Shown here piece by piece: positions 1 to 6,868 of a stretch of DNA of 64,000 nucleotides. The notes below the pieces were generated by a model. It worked only from the letters and a program-made list of their open reading frames with translations. It was not told the origin of the DNA and made no database searches. Origin of the DNA: Candidatus Melainabacteria bacterium (GTDB lineage Bacteria > Cyanobacteriota > Vampirovibrionia > 2-02-FULL-35-15); NCBI GenBank assembly GCA_023250205.1, contig JAHFBE010000001.1, positions 2,110 to 66,109 of the forward strand, in the 5' to 3' direction. Made by a program: the position numbers and the translations under genes. Each line of letters opens with the position of its first letter. Within the stretch, counting starts at the first letter, position 1.

Positions 1-72
1 CAGCAACCATCTTAACCCATAAACTAAAAACACATAGTAAAATTGTCTCAATAAATTAAACCCGGTATTAAA

Positions 73-342
73 ATGCAATCCACAAAAGTTGATACAGCAA
101 AAGCATTGCGCCAATTATTGTTTTTTTGTGTGACCTCAGTCCCTACAAAAGAACAAATTAAAGAAATTGACGATCCTAAAATGAGAGATGCTTTATTAGC
201 TTCAGAAAAAAAGCTAAGGGGAGAAGTTTATATTCTAGTCAAAAGAGTTGCTCCGCAATTGGAACCTCCCGATATTACTAATCAAAATAATATCTTTGAT
301 TTTATTGATAGGCTTTCAGAAATAGATCTTGGAAAAGATTAA
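73..342 (+). CDS. hypothetical protein, 89 aa
   Basis: ORF track, ATG start; no motif recognised. Confidence 0.4.
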   Translation: MQSTKVDTAKALRQLLFFCVTSVPTKEQIKEIDDPKMRDALLASEKKLRGEVYILVKRVAPQLEPPDITNQNNIFDFIDRLSEIDLGKD

Positions 343-375
343 CTTTTAACAAAATTATTTAAAATAAAAACTGAT

Positions 376-1119
376 ATGTTTAATACAATAACGACTTATA
401 GAACAAGATTTCCGGGGGAAGAATTAGTCCATCTTGTAAGTTTGAAAAAAGATTTGCATCCTAAGCTCACTCCTCCACAAGTTAACAGGCTTTTAGATTT
501 TGCATATCTTTATTTAAAATGGGATATTAGACGTACTAATGAAGCTGCTGATTTTAAGAGAGAATGTTTTCCTGAACGTCCCAGCCCAATCTCAATGCAG
601 TTTCCAACTAATGATGTAATTGCTTTATCAAAATCAAAAATGAATCCTGACATTTCAGATCCTATTTTATTCTTTATGCATAATAGTCTTTATCGAGCTA
701 GTGAAGATGAAGCAAGGAATCTATTCATAAGTTTTGAGAAGAATATACGAGGAAGGTTAGAGCATTTAGATGGTAACAAACGGAGTGTCCAGGTAAGCGA
801 TAGCTTACAACGAAGAATAAATAAATGTTTGCTTAATCTATTAAAAAACAAAGATTCACTAACCGAAGAAGATAAAGCCAGATATCTTATGGAGCTAGAT
901 CGATTATTAGTTGCTATAAATGAAAATTTACCCAACTCTATTTATGGCTTAGAAATCTTACAAGAAGATTTAAATAAGCCTTCCCCCTTCTGCGAGAAAG
1001 TTGCTTACAATAGTTTTGGGCTTATTAATGTAGACAAGCCTGAAAGATTTTGGGAGTCTCCACAAATTCCTGTACAGTTCTTAACAGCAGCACGTAAAAT
1101 CAGTCATTCAAGACTTTAG
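376..1119 (+). CDS. hypothetical protein, 247 aa
   Basis: ORF track, ATG start 33 nt after the previous co-oriented ORF; no motif recognised. Confidence 0.5.
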   Translation: MFNTITTYRTRFPGEELVHLVSLKKDLHPKLTPPQVNRLLDFAYLYLKWDIRRTNEAADFKRECFPERPSPISMQFPTNDVIALSKSKMNPDISDPILFFMHNSLYRASEDEARNLFISFEKNIRGRLEHLDGNKRSVQVSDSLQRRINKCLLNLLKNKDSLTEEDKARYLMELDRLLVAINENLPNSIYGLEILQEDLNKPSPFCEKVAYNSFGLINVDKPERFWESPQIPVQFLTAARKISHSRL

Positions 1120-2073
1120 TTTAATAACTTCTTTTGCAGCTTCAGCAATCTTTTCTTTAGTTAAACCATAATGAACTAAAAGTTCATCTGACTTTCCACT
1201 TTGTCCAAACTGATCCATAATTCCAATTTTCTTAACAGGCACAGGACAGCTCTCAGATAAAACACTGGAAACTGCATCACCTAAGCCACCTATTACATTA
1301 TGTTCTTCACAGGTAACTGCACATCCAGTTCTTTTTACACTGGATAAAATCGTCTCTTTATCTATTGGTTTAATAGTAGAAATATTTACTACTTCCGCAC
1401 TAATACCTTCACTTTGCAAAGCTTCTTGAGCTAAGAGTGCTTTGCTTACCATTATTCCACAAGCAAAGATTGAAACATCAATTCCACCTTTTATAATATA
1501 TGCTTTTCCAATCTTAAAATCATATTCATTTTCATCAAATAAAACAGGAACATTTGATCTCCCCAATCTCATATAGACAGGGCCAAAGAACTCAGCAATT
1601 GCTCTGGTAGCAAGCTTCGCCTCTGTAGCATCAGCAGGAATAATTACTGTCAGATTAGGAATTACTCTCATGATAGCTATATCTTCAACAATTTGATGGG
1701 AGCCACCATCTTCACCTACTGTTAATCCAGCATGAGTAGCACAGACTTTTACATTAAACATATTATGGCAAACAGCATTTCTGACAAATTCCCAGGCACG
1801 CCCACATGCGAACATTGCAAAGCTACTTGCAAAAGGAATTTTACCGGTACTGGATAATCCTGCAGCAACACCAATCATATTTTGCTCTGCAATTCCCATA
1901 TTAAAAAATCTCTCAGGAAACTCTTTTGCAAAAAATTTGGTCTGCGTAGAACCAGAAAGATCAGCATCTAGAACAACAATATTTGGATTTTTCTTACCAA
2001 GCTCTAAAAGCTCTTTTCCATAGGCAACACGAGTTGCGATCATTTCTTTCGATTGTGTCATTGTTGCCCCCAT
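1108..2073 (-). CDS. transketolase, C-terminal (pyrimidine-binding) subunit
   Basis: Translation has FFNMGIAEQNMIGVAAGLS and GEDGGSHQ blocks typical of the transketolase Pyr/C-terminal half; follows the N-terminal subunit gene. Confidence 0.9.
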   Translation of the reverse strand: MGATMTQSKEMIATRVAYGKELLELGKKNPNIVVLDADLSGSTQTKFFAKEFPERFFNMGIAEQNMIGVAAGLSSTGKIPFASSFAMFACGRAWEFVRNAVCHNMFNVKVCATHAGLTVGEDGGSHQIVEDIAIMRVIPNLTVIIPADATEAKLATRAIAEFFGPVYMRLGRSNVPVLFDENEYDFKIGKAYIIKGGIDVSIFACGIMVSKALLAQEALQSEGISAEVVNISTIKPIDKETILSSVKRTGCAVTCEEHNVIGGLGDAVSSVLSESCPVPVKKIGIMDQFGQSGKSDELLVHYGLTKEKIAEAAKEVIKLKS

Positions 2074-2083
2074 AGCTTTAATT

Positions 2084-2210
2084 GTTATTGCGAGGAACGC
2101 AGTGACGAAGCAATCTTATACAGCCACCAACTTTAACATCCTCATCTTTAACAAGTATCATTGCCCAAGATGAATTCCTTGTAAGATTGCTTCGCTTCGC
2201 TCGCAATGAC
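2084..2210. repeat. MITE-like palindromic element (GTCATTGCGAGG family), intergenic between the two transketolase subunit genes
   Basis: Left end GTTATTGCGAGGAACGCAGTGACGAAGCAATC, right end GATTGCTTCGCTTCGCTCGCAATGAC; the ends are inverted repeats. Confidence 0.8.
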
Positions 2211-2220
2211 AAAATCATCC

Positions 2221-3054
2221 TCATTCTATCTCCCTCAAAGCCATCTTTAATTCTTCATCATTTGGCGCTACACCATGCCATTTTACATTGTCTTCCATAA
2301 ATGAAACCCCTTTACCTTTTACAGTATGAGCAATGATAATACATGGTTTATTTTCCCTAGGACCAATTTCATGAGTTTTTAAAATAGCATCATGAATTTG
2401 ATTCATATCATGTCCATCAACTTCTAGAACATGCCAGCCAAATGCTTCAAATCTTTTAGCGATTGGTTCAAGTGTCATTGTTTCTTCTGTCCAGCCATCT
2501 AATTGAATTCTGTTTCTATCTAGAATTGCTGTTAAATTCCCAAGGTTATAATGACTTGCTGACATAATAGCTTCCCAGGTAGAACCTTCCTGAAGTTCGC
2601 CATCACTTTGAAGTAAATAGATTCTGTTATTTAACTTATCCATCCTGCAACCAAGAGCTGCACCAACAGCAAATGATGTACCATGTCCCAATGAACCAGT
2701 AGATGTTTCAATACCTGGAACTTTCAATCTATCTATATGCCCCTGATAGGGTGAACCAAGTTGTCTGAATGTTAAAAGATCATCTCCTCTGTAATATCCT
2801 GCTTTTGCAAGAATAGAATATACAAGCGGTGTTGAATGACCTTTACTAATTATCATTCGATCTCTTTCCTGCCAATTTGGATTCTGGGGATCATATTTTA
2901 AAATTGAAAAGTACAATACGGTTAAAATCTCAACAGCTGAAAGTGAACCTCCCGGATGGCCTGAAGCTGCAGCATGAGTCATCTTTAAAATCGATCTGCG
3001 TAAATCTTTGGTTATTTCTTTTAGTTCAGTTAGTTTTTCTTCTGATAAAGACAT
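2221..3054 (-). CDS. transketolase, N-terminal (TPP-binding) subunit
   Basis: GHPGGSLS, GSLGHG and SDGELQEGSTWEA motifs in the translation. Confidence 0.9.
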   Translation of the reverse strand: MSLSEEKLTELKEITKDLRRSILKMTHAAASGHPGGSLSAVEILTVLYFSILKYDPQNPNWQERDRMIISKGHSTPLVYSILAKAGYYRGDDLLTFRQLGSPYQGHIDRLKVPGIETSTGSLGHGTSFAVGAALGCRMDKLNNRIYLLQSDGELQEGSTWEAIMSASHYNLGNLTAILDRNRIQLDGWTEETMTLEPIAKRFEAFGWHVLEVDGHDMNQIHDAILKTHEIGPRENKPCIIIAHTVKGKGVSFMEDNVKWHGVAPNDEELKMALREIE

Positions 3055-3070
3055 GAAATTATTCTATCAA

Positions 3071-3098
3071 GTAGGCACGTAGCATGCTACGTGCCTAC
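3071..3098. repeat. 28-bp perfect palindrome GTAGGCACGTAGCATGCTACGTGCCTAC (GTAGG...CCTAC family)
   Basis: Read directly; lies 5 nt downstream of the trpS stop. Confidence 0.85.
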
Positions 3099-3103
3099 AG
3101 TTA

Positions 3104-4114
3104 TCACCACGTCTTCAGCTTCATTGCATCTCTAACCTGTTCAAGAGTATGTCTTACAACTTGTCTTGCTTTCTTATTACCTGCATCCAATATCTCAAGA
3201 ATATCTTTATCATTTTTAAATGAGACTCTTCTTTCTCGTATCTCATGGAAATAACTATTCATTATTCCAGCCAGTCTTTTCTTACAATCTACACAGCCTA
3301 TTTTTGCAGTTTTACATTCATCCTGAACAACATCAAGTGTTTTCTTATCTGCAAATATTTCATAGTGTTTATATGCTACCTGACAATCCTCAGGATTCCC
3401 AGGATCAGTTCTTTTAATCTTCTTTGGATCAGTAATCATCTGTAAAACTTTTTTAGATGCAACTTCTTCACTATCCTCAAGCTTAATATCATTCCCATAA
3501 GATTTACTCATTTTTCTTCCATCAACACCTGGCACAGACGGTGTTTCAGTAAGTAATGATTTTGGTTCGGGTAATAAATTTGTTTTATAAATATGATTAA
3601 ATCTTCTAGCTATATCACGACTTAATTCAAGATGTGCTACCTGATCTTTTCCTACTGGAACAAGTTCTCCAAGTACACTTAAAATATCTGATGTTTGTAG
3701 AACTACATATCCTAACAAACCATAGGTAACTTCCTCTTTTGCTTTTTCTTCATCTTCAGCAAGCATTCTTACCATATCTTTCAAAGTAGGATCTCTTTCT
3801 ACCCAGTTCTGATAAGTAACCATGCTTAAAAGAAGATGAAGCTCTGCTACTTCAGGAATTGCTGACTGTACATAAATAGTAGATTTATTTGGGTCGACAC
3901 CACTTGAAAGAATATCTTTTGCTACTTCTAAAATATCGCTCTGAAGTTCACTAGTATCTTTATACTTTGTCGTAAGAGTATGCCAGTCAGCTATAAAGTA
4001 AAAACACTCATGTTCATTCTGTAACTTTGCCCAGTTACAAAGCACTCCTAAATAATGCCCGATATGAAGTGAGCCTGTTGGGCGGATTCCTGAAAGTAGT
4101 CGTTTCTTTTTCAT
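3104..4114 (-). CDS. trpS: tryptophan--tRNA ligase
   Basis: Class I aaRS HIGH (HIGHYLG) and KMSKS motifs; 336 aa. Confidence 0.95.
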   Translation of the reverse strand: MKKKRLLSGIRPTGSLHIGHYLGVLCNWAKLQNEHECFYFIADWHTLTTKYKDTSELQSDILEVAKDILSSGVDPNKSTIYVQSAIPEVAELHLLLSMVTYQNWVERDPTLKDMVRMLAEDEEKAKEEVTYGLLGYVVLQTSDILSVLGELVPVGKDQVAHLELSRDIARRFNHIYKTNLLPEPKSLLTETPSVPGVDGRKMSKSYGNDIKLEDSEEVASKKVLQMITDPKKIKRTDPGNPEDCQVAYKHYEIFADKKTLDVVQDECKTAKIGCVDCKKRLAGIMNSYFHEIRERRVSFKNDKDILEILDAGNKKARQVVRHTLEQVRDAMKLKTW

Positions 4115-4143
4115 AGACTTAATTATTATATTACAAAAGAGTT

Positions 4144-4250
4144 GTCATTGCGAGGAGAGTAGCGACAAAGCAACCCCAAGTGGATTACAAAAGAGCGATC
4201 GAGATTGCTATGGAGACGTTGTATGCAACGTCTCTTCTCTTCGCAATAAC
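4144..4250. repeat. MITE-like palindromic element (GTCATTGCGAGG family, degenerate right end TTCGCAATAAC)
   Basis: GTCATTGCGAGGAGAGTAGCGACAAAGCAAC ... GAGATTGCTATGGAGACGTTGTATGCAACGTCTC...TTCGCAATAAC; abuts the hydrolase stop codon. Confidence 0.75.
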
Positions 4251-4251
4251 A

Positions 4252-5100
4252 TTACAATTTCCTATGTTCTAATGCTGGCAAATTCTTTCTAATTTTTTCT
4301 AAATAGTCCAATTCAATTTCTGCAAAAATCACTTCTTCTTTATCCGCAGAGGCTTCAGCTAAAACTTTCCCCCACGGATCTACAATTAAACTATGTCCAT
4401 ATGTTCTCACACCACCAGAGCCAATCCCAGCCTGGTTAGGTGCCACTACATAACAAAGATTTTCTATTGCTCTTGCTTTTATAAGTGTATGCCAGTGAGC
4501 TTCACCAGTTGGTTTAGTAAATGATGAAGGAACACAAATAATCTTAGCCCCAGATTTTGAATATGCTCGATATAATTCTGGAAATCTCAAGTCATAGCAA
4601 ATACTCAAACCAATTTTAATAGAGTTAGGTTTGAAACCTACCTCTACAAGTTTTGGATTTTTACCAGCCTGATTTCTGCTTGATTCCAAAATCTCTTTTC
4701 CTTTTAGCTTAATATCAAACAAATGTATCTTTCTATACTTTGCAACAATTTCCCCTTCTGGGTTTATTAGAACTGAAGTATTAAATGGTTTTAAATCATT
4801 CTTTATGCTTCGTGCTTCGTGCTTCGTGCTTCTTGTTCTTTCCAAAATGCTACCAATTAAAATCCAAACTTTATGCTTCTTTGCAAGTGCCGAAATTAAA
4901 TTTGTAGATTGTCCTGGAATACTTTCAGCAAATTTAACAGCTTCAATCAGATTTCCGCGATAGTTAAAAACCTCTGGCAATGCAATAAACTTTGCTTTTT
5001 TCTTAATTGCTTGATTGATTAACTTTGCAGCCTCTTTTAAATTTTTATCTTTTTCTGAACCGCTTTTCATTTGAATAACGGCCACTTTGAGATTAGTCAT
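4252..5100 (-). CDS. carbon-nitrogen hydrolase (nitrilase superfamily, omega-amidase-like)
   Basis: LPEVF..., RKIHLFD and SICYDLRFPE blocks (Glu-Lys-Cys triad context); carries an in-frame heptamer-repeat insertion. Confidence 0.85.
   Translation of the reverse strand: MTNLKVAVIQMKSGSEKDKNLKEAAKLINQAIKKKAKFIALPEVFNYRGNLIEAVKFAESIPGQSTNLISALAKKHKVWILIGSILERTRSTKHEARSIKNDLKPFNTSVLINPEGEIVAKYRKIHLFDIKLKGKEILESSRNQAGKNPKLVEVGFKPNSIKIGLSICYDLRFPELYRAYSKSGAKIICVPSSFTKPTGEAHWHTLIKARAIENLCYVVAPNQAGIGSGGVRTYGHSLIVDPWGKVLAEASADKEEVIFAEIELDYLEKIRKNLPALEHRKL
4807..4841. repeat. heptamer tandem array (GAAGCAC on the coding strand, 3 perfect plus 2 degenerate units) inside the hydrolase CDS
   Basis: gcttcgt x3 then gcttctt gttcttt on the plus strand; translated as STKHEARSIKN. 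Confidence 0.85.
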
Positions 5101-5106
5101 GAGAAT

Positions 5107-5253
5107 TTATGATTGTACTTTATGAGCTTTTCCCTGTTTTTCTTTATATTCTTTATATTTCTTTTTAAATGAGTAATTTAAGTAGAACGGAATCCCACTT
5201 ATAAATGCAATTAACAGAGTAAGCACAATAATTTGGATCAATAAATCTTTCAT
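5107..5253 (-). CDS. possible small membrane protein, 48 aa (MKDLLIQIIVLTLLIAFISGIPFYL...)
   Basis: Below the ORF-track length cutoff; ATG start; stop 6 nt upstream of the hydrolase start; one hydrophobic helix then a K-rich tail. Confidence 0.3.
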   Translation of the reverse strand: MKDLLIQIIVLTLLIAFISGIPFYLNYSFKKKYKEYKEKQGKAHKVQS

Positions 5254-5450
5254 ATAGTTATTCCACCAACTCTTCGTATCCTTCTTGAAGTATCATTGTA
5301 CCAATAAATGCTAGAAATATTGAACCAATCAAATTAATAAAAATTTGACTGTTTAAAGATAACCCATCTTTTAAAATGTCTCAAACGAGAACTGCAGCAG
5401 GTGTCAACAATAGGTTACATCGGCAAGTTAGTTTTTTCGTAACTATTCAC

Positions 5451-5582
5451 GTCATTGCGAGGAAACACGAAGTGTTGACGTGGCAATCTCATTTTGCAAT
5501 ATCGTTTATAAGGCAGCCTTGCAAGCGGTATCTTAGTGTGAGATTGCTTCGTCATCCGCCAATGCGGATTTCTCGCAATGAC
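5451..5582. repeat. MITE-like palindromic element (GTCATTGCGAGG family)
   Basis: GTCATTGCGAGGAAACACGAAGTGTTGACGTGGCAATCTC ... GAGATTGCTTCGTCATCCGCCAATGCGGATTTCTCGCAATGAC. Confidence 0.85.
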
Positions 5583-5590
5583 AGAAAATT

Positions 5591-6145
5591 TTATTTAATG
5601 AGTGTTTCCTGTTTCTCAGTATTAAATAGTGTTGTTACTTCTTTATTTATAATCTGAGCCATCATTAACAAATGTCCGCCAGGATAACCATAGTATCCAT
5701 CTATTAAAAAGTCATGATCGTGAATTTGGTTTTGTAATATTTTTGGTTTTATTTTTTTTAGACCTTCTTCCTTTATATGTTCTCTTTTGAAAAGATTAAA
5801 TATTTTGTCAAAGATACCATCCTCACAATTTGCAGAAATAATTATCATTCCAGTAGGAAGCAAAAGTCTCCTTGCCTCATTGTAGAAAAAAGTATTCGGC
5901 GCAGTAGAGGCTTGCTGTAGCAAGCTTCTACCATCGCATAACGAATAATCTGTTACGATGCGCGTGAATGTATTATCTTCAAAAGGTAATTTTTCCAAGC
6001 CGTCCTCAGTAAAAGATAAGGCATTTTGTTTTTCTTTTATTCCTTTTATTAGATCTTCCTGCCACTCCCCTATTACCAGAACAGACTGCCCAACACCTAC
6101 AGCTTTAATTATTCGCTTAACTATTTTTTCTGGTTTTGAAATCAT
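5591..6145 (-). CDS. hypothetical protein, weak class I methyltransferase-fold resemblance
   Basis: VLVIGEW..., LPFEDNTFTRIV and LLPTGMIIIS resemble degenerate SAM-MTase motifs I/II/post-III; no clean GxGxG. Confidence 0.35.
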   Translation of the reverse strand: MISKPEKIVKRIIKAVGVGQSVLVIGEWQEDLIKGIKEKQNALSFTEDGLEKLPFEDNTFTRIVTDYSLCDGRSLLQQASTAPNTFFYNEARRLLLPTGMIIISANCEDGIFDKIFNLFKREHIKEEGLKKIKPKILQNQIHDHDFLIDGYYGYPGGHLLMMAQIINKEVTTLFNTEKQETLIK

Positions 6146-6156
6146 GATTTAAAAAA

Positions 6157-6607
6157 TGAAGTTTCTCATAAGCCGGGTTTTGTTTATGCAGTTATCTATC
6201 TAGGAGTATTGTCACCAATACCCTCAAGCGGTTTCAGCAGAATTGAGCAGCGGGCCACTGTTATCCAATCCTATACCTTATCCTTGCACCTTTAGCGGGG
6301 TTTACCAAGATTACAGTCACCTGTAAAATTCGTGAGCTCTTACCTCACGGTTGCACCCTTACCGACATGCGTATTGAGTATCGTGTACTGAGTATTACAT
6401 CAATAAAAAAAATCTTATTCTCTGACGCAATACTCAATACTCCATACGCAAGAAGGCGGTCTACATTTCTGTGGCACTTTCCTCACACTTACATGCACTT
6501 CGCATTACGAAGCAACCAGCCCTCTGGAGCCCGGACTTTCCTCATTCCATTGTTTTTCACCTAATTAGGCATACGATCAATGAAACGCAACTGCTTGAGA
6601 AACTTCA
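6157..6607 (-). ncRNA. rnpB: RNase P RNA, bacterial type A
   Basis: Minus strand reads GAGGAAAGTCCGGGCTCCA, AGTGCCACAGAAA..ACCGCC, GGTAAGGGTG, GGTAAGAGCTCAC, GGTAAACCCC and ACAAAACCCGGCTTA in the canonical order. Terminal P1 pairing is TGAAGTTTCTC (5') with GAGAAACTTCA (3'). Confidence 0.93.
6368..6449. repeat. heptamer-repeat hairpin (GCGTATTGAGTAT family) at about the P12 position of RNase P RNA
   Basis: Arms gcgtattgagtatcgtgtactgagtattac / gacgcaatactcaatactccatacgc with 7-nt periodicity, between ACCGCC and GGTAAGGGTG. Confidence 0.8.
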
Positions 6608-6868
6608 TGAGTATTATAACTTAAATCAAAATTTATTATCTTTTAATCAATTGTATGAGGAAAGTTAAATTAAAAATATTTAATTTTGTAAAGCAATAAA
6701 TATCCCTCAACCCTAAATAAAGAATAAATATAATCAAAAAACATTTAAATTCAACTCACTCAAAAAAAATTAGGGCTACCTCCTGTGACGTTCATCCCAC
6801 TGATGGGTAATTTGACTTCAGTAATCTCAAATTATGTGTTGGGATTTTTTTTGAAATGGGAGGTTCGT

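Noticed and set aside
3220-3445. ORFs 3220-3417 and 3245-3445, and other short antisense ORFs inside well-supported genes (for example 690-935, 10069-10314, 12202-12390, 13841-14203, 22776-23057, 46684-46983, 54450-55198)
   Set aside because: They are embedded antisense in genes with strong homology-type evidence. AT-rich genomes produce such ORFs by chance.
5376-5657. ORF 5376-5657, and similarly 14787-15029, 38356-38841 and 50629-50901
   Set aside because: Each runs through an intergenic MITE-like repeat (giving VIARKHE / CHCEE-type peptides) or antisense to a well-supported gene. These are artefacts of stop-free palindromic repeats.
6367-6668. ORFs 6367-6564 and 6471-6668
   Set aside because: They overlap the RNase P RNA gene on the opposite strand and have no ribosome-binding site or protein-like features.
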